In this document: piece after piece, positions 39,344 through 52,900 of the stretch | Layout: each line of letters opens with the position of its first letter | Position numbering within the stretch: the stretch's first letter is position 1 | Origin: Camelus ferus | Taxonomy: Eukaryota | NCBI RefSeq assembly: GCF_009834535.1 | Contig: NC_045696.1 | Coordinates: forward strand, 108,316,001-108,380,000 | DNA: 64,000 nucleotides | Reading direction: 5' to 3' | Notes under the pieces: model-generated | Database searches by the model: none | The model's input: the letters and a program-made list of their open reading frames with translations, nothing else | What the model was told of the DNA's origin: nothing | Program-made: the position numbers and the translations under genes

Positions 39344-39390
<47 letters not shown>
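39344..39390. repeat. (TG)23 microsatellite
   Basis: Perfect TG run. Confidence 0.97.
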
Positions 39391-39392
<2 letters not shown>

Positions 39393-40886
39393 CTTCTCTC
39401 AAAAACGCTTTTGAATGGGTCGAGTTATATAGAAAGAAATCACGACCTTTGTCAGTGTTTATGGTTTTAATGCTATTAAATAGGGGAGAAAAACAGGCAG
39501 GGTGAATTAGGAGCTGTAGGAAGAGTGGGCTGAACTACAGCACAGCGGGGTTCAATCCCAGGCAGCACCAGGCTGTGAAATGATGGAATTTCAGGGCCAG
39601 TGAGAGCCTGAAGGCCAGCTGGTTGGCATGGTGGACACTCCCAGGAAGGGAGGTTTACCTCTGTTTGGTGTTTTTGGAGGAATTAGGTCTTCTGGAGAAT
39701 GAGGGAAATGCTCTTCTCACTTTTACTTTTACTTATTCCTTTTTCTTGTTAAATAGGTAATCAATGACTACTGCATAAATATTAGAAAATGCAGATAAGA
39801 AAACGGGAAAAAAAAACCCTTATAATCTCACCACCTACTGTTAGCATTTTAAGTAGAATTTCTATACTTTTTTCCTTTGTTTTACTAATTTATTTTTTCT
39901 TTGAATTCCATATTACCTCCTGCTTTTATTTTATTTGCCTAGAATGTTTCTCCATCTCTTTACTATTTATTTAATTATTTTTATGCTTATAGCAATGTCT
40001 GTGCCAAGAAATAAAAAATCTACAAAGAAGAATAGGAAATTAAAGGAAAAATAGTTTCATTCCCACATCTGATCCTAGTGTCATATTTCAAAGAAAAACA
40101 CTTTTGAGGTTTTTTTTAAAAAAAGTTTTAGTTCTTATTCTGTAATTCTAAATAATATATTTTGCCTCTTTTTCTTGATTCAGCATTGCTAAGTGATTTA
40201 TCAACTTTAAGCATATTAATGGATTCCCCATTATGAAAAATAATAAATTTCACTCACTTTCTACTCTTTTTCCTGTTCCCTATTTCCACTTTTTTGGTTT
40301 GCTCTTTATTTAGTTCTTCTATCTGCTACTTTAAAGACTCTAAATAATATTCCTCTGTTATATCTAGATTCGTCTATTTAGACACTATCTCGACTCTTGA
40401 CTACAGAATATGAGGAAATTAATCCCCCATTTTCCCTCCACCTCTTCGCCCCTTCAGTTCTCAACTGCTGTCGCTGCACCACTATTTTTACATGGTTAAG
40501 GTTTCTAACGTAGGAGTGATTAAGCCTTCCACATTTTGTTTAGGTTGATTCCTAAATTTGAGTATCTTTAAATTCTCTTTATTACATTGGCTGGTAGGTA
40601 TACTGTTTACTTAGGGGTCATTTAATAGGACTCTAACCAGAAAGGAAGAGAAGTAATTTTCTCCAAGTCCGTTTCTCTCAAAGAAGAATGTTGCAAATGC
40701 CAAAGAGATCCTCAAAATTATGTCACATATAATTTTCTTTATATTTAGCTTAGTCATTTCATATATAGCATTTTGTTTTTCATTCTAGAGTTTCTAATTG
40801 CCATCGTCTTTAAAACAAAAGCAGAAGCACATCTTACACACATTTGTTGCGTGGTACATTTTAAACAGATGTTTTCTAGGACTTTC

Positions 40887-41324
40887 TGTAATAGAAAAGA
40901 ACAAGTCTGGCTCCATATTAGATCTGTTCCTTTGGCTTTAACCCTGTGCCGTTTTCTAGGCTTAGTCTTGCTAGCTCTGCACTCACATAAGGATAACAAG
41001 TTACAGAGTAGAGAATAACATTTGTTTTGCTGGAGGTTGTGCAGGAGCACCATGAGCTGGCCCACTTGGACAGGTGCAGGAACAAAGAATTCCTACACCA
41101 AGAAGTTTGCAACAACCAACCACACCCCCTCCCTTGTTTGTTTGTTTTTGTATGAAAGGAGCCTGTATTCTGACTGGAGCAGGTTGGTTCTCCAAGACAT
41201 TAGTCTGCCATCCTCTCAGTCTGCTGGCTTTCGGAATAAAGTCGCCATTCCTTGCCCCAACACCTTGTCTCCCGATTTATTGGCCTGTTGCGCGGCAAGC
41301 AGAACAAGTTTGGACTCGGTGACA
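40887..41324 (+). mobile_element. Solo ERV LTR, same family as 21219-21729
   Basis: TGtaatag...gtgaCA termini, AATAAA near 41235, and TTTC immediately on both flanks. Confidence 0.85.
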
Positions 41325-41409
41325 TTTCTAGGACTACTGCACAGAGACCATTCTGTTTTCTTTTCATTACACTCTAGTTTTACCTTTCTTTATTTTTTCT
41401 TTTTCTTTT

Positions 41410-42000
41410 CTTTTTAAAAATAGCACACAGTAAAATGGCTTCCTTTTCTTTTCTTTTCTTTTCTCTTCTGGCGTATAGTTCTACGAGTTTTAACGCACGT
41501 GTGGGTTCGCATAACCACCAGTACAATCAGGATACAAAACAGTCCTCTCGCCCCCCAAAACACTCCGTGCTGCTCCTTTGTAGTTTACACTGGCAACTAC
41601 TGATCTCTTTTAAATAGCAGCCACTATTTAAAGCTTTTAGTGATTATGAATACAGCTGCTATAAAGTTTGTGTGTGGATTTTTGTGTAAATGTTAAGTTT
41701 TCATTTATCCAAGTTAAATACCTCGGAGTGGGTTTGGTGTGTCATACGATGTTTTAGTTTAACTTTATAAGAATCTGACAAAGTGTTTTCTAAAGTGCCG
41801 TGCAGCAACAATGCATGAGAGTTGCTTCACATTCTTGGCAGCGCCTAGTGTTGTTAATTTGACTATTATTACTCGTTTTAGCCATGCTAATAAATATACA
41901 GTTTTAGCCATGCTAATAAAAATACTACCCACTGTAGTTTTAAGTAGCAGTCCCTAAATGATGAGCGTCTTTTCATATGCTGCTTGCCCATCTTATATTC
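41410..42000 (-). mobile_element. Old L1M 3' fragment
   Basis: taaccaccagtacaatcaggatac..attatgaatacagctgctataaa..ttttagccatgctaata. Confidence 0.7.
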
Positions 42001-42004
42001 TCCT

Positions 42005-42385
42005 TCTTTATTGAAGCATAGTTAATTTACAATGTTGTGTTAGTTTCAGTTGTACAGCAAAAGTGATTCAGTTATACATATATATTCTTTTTTAGATTCT
42101 TTTCCATTATAGGTTTTACCAATATATTGAATATAGTTTCCTGTGCTATACAATAGGATCTTGTTGTTTATTTTATATATAGTAGTTAGTATTTGCAAAT
42201 CCCAAACTCCCGATTTATCCCTCCATCCTCCTCTTCTTCCCCCTGGTAACCATACATTTTTTTCTACGTCTGTGAGTCTGTCTCTGTTTTGTAAATAGGT
42301 TCATTTGTGTCATGTTTTTTAGACTCCACATGTAAGGGATATCATGTGCTATTTTTCTTTCTCTCTCTGGCTTAGTGCTCTTAGT
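42005..42385 (-). mobile_element. L1 3' end (cetartiodactyl-type)
   Basis: tttattgaagcatagttaatttacaatgttgtg..tttttagactccacatgtaag. Confidence 0.85.
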
Positions 42386-44336
42386 TGTTATTGTTGTCTC
42401 GAGGCAAATCTGGGTGCCTGCTTATAAAAGGGGTCCCAGCCTGGCCTTTGATCTGTAGATCTAAGAATTTTAGGGTAAATCCCCATGCTGGGCACCACTG
42501 GGACTTTCAGAACTCCAAGGTTGGTCTGGGTTCTTGTGCCCCAAACTGCTGAGTGTCTTTTTTTTAAATATACTTTTTAAAAATACGTATCTTCTCTTCA
42601 TCCAATTCAGGGACATCTTTGTCCTGTCCCCGCTCTTCAATTTCTGATACTCTCAGGGCTCAGGCAACCCCGGGGGGTTAAACTGTTCATTGCATGAGAG
42701 AACTTGGCTTTTAAGTAAAGATGCTTGGGGCTCAGCTCTGATGCACAAGAGAGCCCCAGGTAATTCTCTCCTGGCCTGCTTCTGTCTTGGGAGATGGAGT
42801 CTCCTCTAGCGAAGGGTCTGCCTTTGCTTTCCAGGCCTGCCTTAGCAGGCAGAGCCAGTCTAATCAGACTCTTCCACTCTTAGCCCTGCTTGGACCATGA
42901 GGCCACCAGCCCCCTGCAGAGCATCACAACAGAGGACCCAGTTATGCCTTTGAGCTATTGTCACTGCCCCTGCTTTGTGTCTGTGCCCGAGTCTCATATT
43001 CTGACATTCTTTCCACTTGCTCTTTCAAATTCTCTGGCATTTTAAAAAAATTGTCCTCCCTTCTTATTATTAGTATATTTATTAGCATCTTGATTAAAAA
43101 TTGAATGAAACCTGCATGGGTTCATCTGCTGGGCTTACCACTGGGGCCAGGCAGGATAAAGGGATGCTCCAAGGCTATCCCGGCTGTGAGGCAAGGGTGG
43201 ATCAGCCGGAGATGCAGGCATGACATCGCAGGCACCCAGCAATCGCCTGTGGCTCAGGTCACGGGATTCTGGACTGGGCAGCTCTACAAGAGGGGTCCTT
43301 CTGTGATGTGTGGGCATTGACCCCTGAGGAGCCACTCCAAAAGCTTCCCTTTCTGTAGGCAAGTTTACCTAGTATGGCAACTCCAGGCTGTCAAGTCTAG
43401 GTAGTTCTCTGCTGAATCTCCTTTGGGGATAAACGGTTTAGAAAAGGCCCAGGTCATTCAAGCTGAGAGCCATTTGCTAGTGATATCCAAATGTGAGCAA
43501 TCTGGGTGTCTCTGCTCCCTGCCTTCTGTTTCTTCCTTGCAGGTCAGGAAGGAGAACTCGGAAAATTATCCACACTCCTTCCCGCTGTCTTCTTCTCACT
43601 TGTGTCCTCCTGTGCTTCTAGGTGTGGCCAGCTTAAACCGTCCCAAGCATCTTGGGAATTTCCAGATGTGTTAAAAACACTGAAATTTTTTTCTAATTAC
43701 AAATATAAGAAATTGCTGTTGTAGAGAATTAGAAAATATGCGTAAACAAAAAAACAAAAGAATCACCTTAATCTCACTATTCAAAGATAATTGTGAATGT
43801 TTTAATACTATTTCCTTCTAGTTGATTTCTATGTTTATTTTTAACTTGTACAATATTACTCTATAAACTATTTTGTATCCTGTGCTTTTCACTTAACAAT
43901 ATGCCCTGGGTATCTTATCACATTATTAAATGTGATAATGTAACTCCATTTTTAATGTCCACATCATATCCCATTTCCTACAGGTACCATCAATTGATTT
44001 TCTAATTTCTGGTTGTTGAATATTTTGGTCTTATTCCTTCTTTTCCTCCTTTTTTTCATTTTAGTGTTATACACAGCATTGTAATAGCATAAGCCCCACT
44101 TGGCAGAAATCCTTGATTATGTCCTTAGTAGTGTAAATTCGCAGAGGTAGAAATCCTGGATCATAGTACATGGAAACTCTACGCTTTTTAAAATAAAAAT
44201 CATCTAATTGTCCTTCAAAAAGGCTATAATAATTTATATCTTTACTTGAAGTATTTAAGAATGAATTGTGCCAAAACTGAATTTCCATATATGTTAATAT
44301 AGATAAAATTACCGAGGTGGGAACAGGAGTAATGAG

Positions 44337-45380
44337 AGTGGAGTGGAAGCCAGGAGGCTCAACAGAACCAGTTGTTAAATTGTTTCGAGAATTCTGAGAG
44401 GCAGCTGTTAAAAGCTGCCATTATTAATAATTAAATTATACCATATATGCTTATCATTAAGTACATTGTTCTAAAAATGAAGGTAGGGAGGAGGGGATAG
44501 CTCAGTGCTAGAGTGTGTGCTTAGCATGCACAGGGTCCTGGATTCAATCCCCGGTACATCCACTAAAAATAAATAAATAAACCTAATTACCTTTCCCCCA
44601 AAAAATAAAATAATAAAATTAAAAAAAAATGAAGGTAAAATGCATTCAAATTTCATCACTTCCTATCTATGTTTGTTTTCTATGCTCTTGAAGTTAATTG
44701 TGTCTATTGCATCCGTATGTTGGAAACACGACATAGCGTGTTGGGACTGCACATCTCATCGCAACTCGATGACATCATGTTGGCAGCAGGAAGTCAGCCC
44801 CAGTGAGAATATTTACACCATAGAAATCAGCAAATTCTACAGATCAGGGCTTCATTTATCATTTTGTTGGGTGTCTAGACTTAAAGTGACAGAGACAATG
44901 TTAATGTAGGTTAAACTTAAAAGTGTTTGTATTTGTAGCTGCCATATTGTGAATGCACGAAAAATTGAGGAAATAGTCCTTCAGTATTTAGAAATTCTTC
45001 TCCAATTCAGCAGAAATTTGTTTACATAACTGATGACCAAATGGAGTTCCAATACATGTTTTCATTGTTTGACCTTCTTTTTAATCATTACTATAAAGAA
45101 ATGTATCAGTCAGTGTACATTTTGGAACTATACTCATTCATCAGTTGCAGCCATAGGTTTGCTAAGGATACAAAAGTTTGGTTAAAAAAAAGAAAAGCAT
45201 TCTGTGAGAATCAATTTGATATATGGAATTTACAGAGACGAATACTGTATTGTGCATTACTATTTGCAAATGTACACTATACATTCTCTATATCAATACC
45301 ATTTATAATAAACTTATGAATGTATGTGCATACATTCTTTTCTGGAAAGCTGGTTGTTGAACATTTGCCTACACCTCACT
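44337..45380. mobile_element. MER63-like hAT-Blackjack transposon containing a SINE
   Basis: gaaccagttgttaaat near the left end; gctggttgttgaacatttgcctacacctcact at the right end. Confidence 0.65.
44486..44624 (+). mobile_element. Camelid tRNA-Ala-derived SINE
   Basis: ggggatagctcagtgctagagtgtgtgcttagcatgc..aaataaataaacctaattacc. TSD aaaaatgaaggta at 44473-44485 and 44625-44637. Confidence 0.9.
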
Positions 45381-45384
45381 AGAG

Positions 45385-46120
45385 CCAGAGCATATGGGAG
45401 CCTTTGTGGATCAAGGTAAGGATATTTATTCCAGTGTGACTGAGGGCCGTGAGGGGATTCTGAGCAGAGGAGTGATGTGGCCAGTTATTGGGTTTATACG
45501 ATTCTTTCTGGCAGCCACATAGAAAATCAGCTGAAGGAAGTAAAAGGGGACATAAGCCGACCAGTGTGGAGGCTGAGGCTGTTGCAGGGATCCAGGTAAG
45601 GGAGGACAGGGCTTAGGTTAGGGTGGTAACAGAGGAGGTGATGAGAAGTGGTTGTATACAAGATATATTTTTAAGGTATGTCCACAGAATTTCCTAATGG
45701 ATTAGGTAGGGGGGTTGAGAGAAAGAGAAGGGTCACAGTGTGTCTCTAGACCTTTTGATGCGAGCAACTAAAAGGTAGAAGGTGATTGTTTCTAAAATTG
45801 GATAATTAAGGGAAAAGCAATTTCAGTGGAAAAAATAAGTATTTGGATTTGAATGAGCAACATTTGTGATGCTTATGAGACATCCAAGGGGGATGCTGCA
45901 TTGGCAAATGGGCATGGGAATCTGGAGTTTGGGGGAGATAGATGTGAGAAATCAAAATTTACGGTTCCAAAGAAAAGAGGTATTTGAAGCCATGAAAAGA
46001 AGTGAGGTCCCCCAGGGATAAATGTAACAGAGAGGAGAGAGTTTCAAGATGGGGCCCTGGACACTCCAGCTTCTGGAGATTGCAGACGTGAAGGGGATAC
46101 AGGAAGGAACTGAGAAACAT
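45385..46120 (-). mobile_element. L2 LINE body fragment
   Basis: gattctgagcagaggagtgatgtg..gatgagaagtgg..gagacatccaagggg..gtatttgaagccatga. Confidence 0.7.
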
Positions 46121-47419
46121 GGCAGCCTTCATTCTCTCATGTAAATTATCTTTGGCGTCTGACTTTTCCAACTGTTTCTGCACCAATAATAAATCATGCT
46201 AATTCCTGTATCTTTATGATAGATTTTAATATCAGGTAGATTAAACCCCCGCTATTAGTTTTCACATTTTTTTAAAGCTAGTCTTTTGTGTTCATTTTTC
46301 TTTATAGTAATTTTAATGGCTAATCTTATGTGTTTACTTTTCTAGGTATTTTTAGATAGTAGTGTTTCAGTTTTAAAAATTTGATGGCTGATTTCTAAAT
46401 CATTTATGGGTTAATTGGTATTTTATGATATTCAGTCTTCCTTTCTGAGAAAATGTTATTTCTCTCTTTTTATTCAAATATATTTTTATGTGCCTTTGTA
46501 AAGTTTTAAAGTCTTTTTTACAATGACCCTAAACAATTTTTGATATCTTTATTCTTCTACATATATTTTTTCTACTATAAATTGAATCCTTTCTCCCCAT
46601 TGTTTTTCTAGCCAGTTATTGCTAGCATATTTCTTTATTTCTGTATACCCAATTTTTATCCTGCTGAACTACTGAATGCTTCTATTCATTATGAAGAATT
46701 TTTAGTTCATTGGAGCTTACCAGATAATAATTATTCAAACCATAAAAATGTTAGATCTTATTTTCAAATATTTATATCTGTTATTTCTTATTTTGTGTTT
46801 ATTATTTCAGTAACCATACTCTTCAGTGTTGAGATAATTAATTGGGCTGAAAGCAGACACCCTTATATTTTTCCTGACTTTAATGGGGGAAGACCTTTAT
46901 TATTTCAGTGTTAACTATGCCATTAGCTAATTTGGTTTAGGTTAGTGGCTCTCAAACTTTGGCATGCATAACAATTATTTGCCTTTTTGCTAAAAATGCA
47001 CAATCTGAGAATTCACTTCCAGAGTGTAGGGTCTAGGAAGAGGCTGAGGATTCTATGTTTTTGCCAAGAAACCTGTTCTAGTCCATGCTAAACCACTCTC
47101 TAAGAGATACTCTTATTTTCACATTAAGGTAACTCTCCTATGCTTAGTTGAATTTCATCATTTTTTTTTTACCTTCATCAAATGTGAATTTCATTCTTTC
47201 ATGAAATAACATGATAGATTCTGATATTAAAATAAGTTCAAATTTATTGTTAAAATTTTCCTTTAAATTTTTTTCCCTTAGATATTCAAAAAAAGATTTG
47301 TTTTTAGTTTATTTTGGAGGCACTTTTGTTAGAATATTTTTCAAAATCAGGCTTATTCTAGCTCTTTAAAATGAATAAGAAATCATAAAATGTTATATCT
47401 TGTGTAACATGGCTGTGCA

Positions 47420-47575
47420 ATTTTTAAACCATTTTTATTTATTTATTTTTTGTTGGGGAGAGGTAATTAAGTTTGTTTGTTTTTTTATTTATTTTCTTAA
47501 TGGAGGTGCTGGGGATTGAACCCAGGATCTCGTGCATGCTAGGCATGTACTCTACCACTGAGATCTACCCTCCCT
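47420..47575 (-). mobile_element. Camelid tRNA-Ala-derived SINE
   Basis: tggaggtgctggggattgaacccaggatctcgtgcatgctaggcatgtactctaccactgag. Confidence 0.9.
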
Positions 47576-48334
47576 CTATCTCAACATGGAAGTTTTCTGT
47601 CTCTTAAAAGTTTAAAATATCAACTTTGCCTGTAAAACTCACTGGGCCTGATGCTGTTATTGAAGGTATTCAATTTCTGGAAAATATTTCTAGCTTTTTT
47701 TCTGGGTTATTTAACTATGTGTATATTTTTCATTCTTGAATTTGGATTTATTTAGGATTTCCTGTTTTAATACTTTAGTTAGAGAGCTTGGTTGTATTTA
47801 TTTGCATTCCTTTGTGTTTGATGCTGAAAGCACTTGAGATTCAACAGTTTTTATTTGAGATTAGTTTTGGACTCATCCAATATTTATTAACCTGGTGACT
47901 TCATACTATTGTTCTTTTCTAAATCACATGCAAATGAAAATTTTATCTTCTTGGTCTAAGAATTATTTATGAAAGTGGATTTTTTAAAGTCATTTCAAAG
48001 TGGTTGGGGCATTTCAATTTCAATATAAATTGTAGAATTAAATTCTAGCATATTCATTGTGGCTTGTATAGTTTTTATTCAGTTCTTTCAGTCCTTTTTT
48101 ATTTAGTTCTTTAATGATATGTGATCGGTATTTTTGAAGTGTGACATGGGTCATGAAAAAAGTTGTGCAATCTATGCTTTTGGAATACAAAGTTCAGCTA
48201 TACAGATAAGCACATGTATGCATAAGTGCATATGCACAAATAAATGAAATTAAAGTTCCTTTGTAATATATTATTCACAGCACCAATATTCTTGTTTTGC
48301 TCTTATTTGATATGTCAAGTATTTACAAAGGTAT

Positions 48335-48753
48335 TGTGATAGTTAATTTTATGTGTTAAATTACTTGGTTGGGCCATGCTACCCAGATGTTTGGTCAAAC
48401 CTTGTTCTAGAAGTTTATATGAAGGTATTTTGTAGGTGATAATGACATTTAAATCAGTAAAGCAGATTGCTTCCATAATGTGGGTGGGCCTCATCCAATC
48501 AGTTGAAGGCCTTAATTAAAAAACAAAACAAAACAAAAACCTGACATTCTCCAAGAAGAAGAGAATTCTGTCAGCAGATTGCTTTTGCACTTGAACCACA
48601 ACTCTTCCCTGAGCCTACAGACTGCTGGACCACCCAGAAAATTTTGGACTTGTCAGCCTCTACAATGCTGTGAGCCAATTCCTAAAAATAAATCTCTCTA
48701 AGTATATATTTACACACTGTTGGTTCTGTTTCTCTGGCAAACCCTAACTAACA
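48335..48753 (+). mobile_element. ERVL LTR (MLT2-type)
   Basis: tgtgatagttaattttatgtgt..gtgggtgggcctcatccaatcagttgaaggcc..ggttctgtttctctgg..ccctaactaaca. Confidence 0.85.
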
Positions 48754-49321
48754 TAAATATGTTCAGAACTCCCAACTCCATTGTGTTTTTGTAAATTTAT
48801 TCTTCTGCAAATTGTTTTTCTAATAATACGTGCTTTACATATTTTGATGCAATATTTTTTAGTACACAGAGATTGATGGTGACTAGCTTTTCACTGTAAA
48901 TTACCTGTTTATTTATATTAAATTAATATCTTTCTTCATATTGTTCAACATTAAATTCTTACTATTAAGTTAAGCTTATATTTTTGATGCCTTTTTGGGC
49001 CTATTTTGTCCATAATTGATTTCTGTTTTATCAAATATCAATATTATAATACTTCCTTAAGATTTGCGTTTGCTTATATATCTTTGCCCACTTTTCTACT
49101 CTTCAGTTTTCTGTATCTTTTGTTTTAGTGATGACACTCAAAAACATAATATTTTGTTTCTTTTTTAACAGAATCCTAAGGTCCTTTTCTAATAGGAAAT
49201 TAATATTTGTGCAATAGTGGGCCATTACTTAATCTCTTATGCTTCTACTTTGTTACCTGCAAAGTGGGGCTAATAGGAATATTTCCTTTAACGGATTGAT
49301 GGTCCAGTTGCACGAGGGTCC

Positions 49322-49500
49322 ATGTGTGTGACTGCATGATTATGTTCGTGTGCTTATGTGTATTCATGTATGTGGGATGCAGTATATGTGTGTGCTTGTG
49401 TGTATGTGTGCACGTTCACATATTTGCATGGACTCACACATGTGGACATACATTGATGTATGTTTGTGTACACATATGTGTGCAGATGCATGTGTGTCTG
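49322..49500. repeat. Degenerate (TG)-rich low-complexity repeat
   Basis: Interrupted tgtg/tatg/cacatg units. Confidence 0.8.
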
Positions 49501-50912
49501 TTATGTTGCTCAAGATTTACCCACTGTTGGCCAGGGGACACTAGCAGAGGGCCTCTAAGGGGACCAGTTTTTTTTAAGCATCTTTATTGTGGTATGAGTC
49601 CTGTACAGTAAACTATACGTATTTCACATGTACAATTTATGAATTTTGATAGATGTATATGCCAGTGAAACCACCACCACAATTAGATTAACTAACATTT
49701 CCATCACTCCCCAAAAGGCACAAATTTTGAACTCCCAATTTATCCACAGGGACGAGTTTTATGATGCTAAAGCCCAATCTGGACTGTTCAGCGGGTTCCT
49801 CCTCTGTTTGTTCCTCTTTAATAGTTTTATTTTGGCTGCTTACTTTTATTTTACTAATTTAAAAGAAAGTTATTTCCTCCATCCCTACTGTCACTTCCTT
49901 CCTCATTTCTTGCCTTGATTAATGTAGAGGCTTACTGATTTGTCTCCCTTCCTCCAGGTGTGATCGCCTCCAACCTCCTGTAGCATTAAGGCTGATTATT
50001 CTCAAGTCCATCTCTCTCCATAGAACATCTCTGCTCCGTACTGTCCAGTGATTTTCCTTCACCTACACATGACCTTCCAATCTCTCAGCTCCTCCACATA
50101 CCTGTACATCCTTCCCCATCCCCCAGGTTCTCTTGCCACCCTCCCACGTTTCATGGACGCTGTCTTGCTCCTCTCCCAAATTCTGGTTCATTTTTGTAAA
50201 ACTAAATCACCCTTCCAGGAAGCCTCTCCAACAGCCCTCTCCATCTGAATGAGGTAGCCCTTTTCTCCATTGACTCACACAATGCCTACTCTCATCTCTC
50301 ATGTACGCTCACCCAAGAATTTACATGATTTGCCCTATTCCATAGAACGAATACGTGGCAGAAGAGGGTTGAACTCTGGACTTCTAACCTGGAGCCCAGT
50401 GAGGATTAATTCAAAGCCTGGCACTTCCCCTGGGCAGATTGTGATGCTAAAAGCTGGATTTTGGAGGTTCTGGTGCTCAGGTGCAAGAGTATTGGCTGCT
50501 CCCCCACTCCCTCCATCCCATTCACTAAATGCTCTGCCAGGTTCCAGCAGGAGAAAGAGACTTGCACACTCCTAAGGGGAGGTGGGTGGAGGTGAGGGGG
50601 TCTCCGCTGTAATGAGCAGTGGGCTGGACTGTGCACTGGGGAGGGTTAAAGGTGATGTCCCAGATGCTCCACTGAAAATTCCAATTCTCCCACTTAATTC
50701 AGGTAGCTCCACAGGTCGGAGAGACTGGAGCAATTAGAGCCAAGGGTGTCCCTTAGGAGAGCATTAGCAATGCAGCTCAGCAAAGATCACTCCAGGAGCT
50801 CTTTATTATGCCACCTCCGAGCCTCAGGGAGGATGGGCTTTGTGTCCTGGGCTCAAGAAATAGTTTGCTCTCTCTATCTCTGAGCCAGAAATAATTTCAG
50901 ATCTTGTCTAAT

Positions 50913-50919
<7 letters not shown>

Positions 50920-51000
<81 letters not shown>
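50920..51000. repeat. Compound microsatellite (AAT)14(AAG)13
   Basis: Counted directly. Confidence 0.97.
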
Positions 51001-51001
<1 letters not shown>

Positions 51002-51619
51002 TAGAACAGATTAACTTTACCAGAAACTGTAATTGACTCTAATCCTGTGTTAAATTCAGATTCTACGTAAGAGCTATTCTTAAACTACAAAAAGATGCTC
51101 AAATGATTAGCTTTCTGAGGGGTTGGAGGGAGGGCTGGTGAATTAATGACAACATATAATAAGAACTCACATTTGAAACGCACTTTTCTGTGATGTGTAT
51201 TCATTCATTTCATCCTCACAACAACCTACTGAAGTGGACAGGAGAGGATGGCAAGAGTCAGGGCATGGCAGCATTAGGACAGAGCAGAAACATCATAGGT
51301 TTCTGGATGTTCTTAGGTTTAAGTCTCTTTTATATAAAACTGTGGTTTCAGGCAAGCTATTTAACCAAGTCGCCACTATTTCTTTCTCTATAAAACAGGA
51401 ATGATAAGGACTTATTACTGGGCTTGAATGAGACAGTGCCTGACATGTGACAAGCACTCAATGAATGTCCTGTCATTCCTAGTGGTTTGTTCCAGGTCAC
51501 ATAATAGTAAGTGGTGAAGTGGGATCTGAATCTAGGTCTTTTGATTTCAAATTTATTAGCTAACATCTCTAATCAGAATTCTTTAACTTCAACTTTCTTC
51601 CTCACCTCTTTTTTTTCTA

Positions 51620-52900
51620 AAATCATCATTTATTCATCAAACATTGGTTGACAACATTGACTATACCGGCAAGGTTCTGGGGGAAAAAGAGATGAAATAA
51701 ACACAGATACATTCTCAGAAAGGTTGGCATCTAATGAGAGACAGAGAAATTGACACCCAAGCACAGGGTGATCTCACAGGATCTGTGATCGAGGCTTCCC
51801 TGGGGTACAGTGGACACACTGGGCATATGGAGACCAACTCAATGATGGCCCAGGACAGAGATGGTGAAGCTGGAACTGGCTTAAGAGGGCTGAGCTGGAA
51901 AGGATGAGGGGTAAAGCTGGTAGATGGGGAGATGGGGAAGAGGGGCTTTTCTGGCAGCAGTGTCAATATGGCACAGATGGGTGACTAGCGTGTGGTACAG
52001 GTGCATCTGGGGCATGGAAGGAAGGGCAGGGAAGGCATGAAGCCAGAGGAGCAGGGACAGACCAGCCCATGGAGGGTCTCCTAAGTCCTGCTAGGAGGGC
52101 TTGTTCTGCTGTGAGGTTTGCATTTTGCTCTACAAGGAAAGGGGACCATTGAATGGATTTGAATAGAGCAATGCAGTGGTCAGATGAAGGTTATAGGAAG
52201 TTTTAGAAGGAAGCAATGGGAAAGATGATTCACAGGGTGAAGGACAAGCCCAGGGAAATGAGCAAGGGACCAGAGCCCAAGCAGGATGTGCTGGACCTCA
52301 GCCCAGTACCTTGGTGAGGTCCTGGGGGGAGTTCAGAGAGTGAAGGGGGAAAAGGCTGTGAATCAAGGGCTAGGAGTTTAGGAGATTATAAACGGGAGGT
52401 TTCCTAGTAATCACAAAACCCAGAGTGGAGCCACCAAATAGGCTGCAGGAGTGGAGCATGAAAGATGTGAAGATAAAGAAGAAGGGACTTTGATGCTGAT
52501 GCCAGATGTTCCATTAACAGAGACCTTGACGATGTCAGTCACCAGGACGATGGTGGACTTGAAATAGAAATACAAAATGGAAGTCAGCTGTCGATATTTT
52601 AAGGACCTTTAGGTTAGTGGACAGCAGTGATAGGAGTAAGGGTTTTGCAAGATGGAAAATGAGTAACTGTGGTCCAGCTGTCCATCGCCTTCCATGGTGG
52701 AGAGTTGTAAAGAAAGAAGAGGTAAGAAATCCATTCCCCAGACCCGCCCGGCTTAGTTAGGATGTGCTAGGGTGAGCTGCCTCCCCTTGAGAAAACGTCT
52801 GTGAAGCCATGTTTTTGTAAGAAGCTGGAGGTGAAAGCAGAGACCGAGATTTTAGTTGAGGCAGGAAATGCGTGGAGTGTCCGTGGAGAGAGAGATTGAG
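51620..52900 (-). mobile_element. L2 LINE fragments
   Basis: catttattcatcaaacattggttgacaac..ggggaccattgaatggatttgaatag. Confidence 0.55.

Larger units (their letters stand above)
46130..49250 (-). mobile_element. Highly decayed L1M, carrying MER5-like (~46945-47100), SINE and MLT2 insertions
   Basis: T-rich, with motifs such as gcagacacccttatatttttcctgactttaatgggg. Confidence 0.55.
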
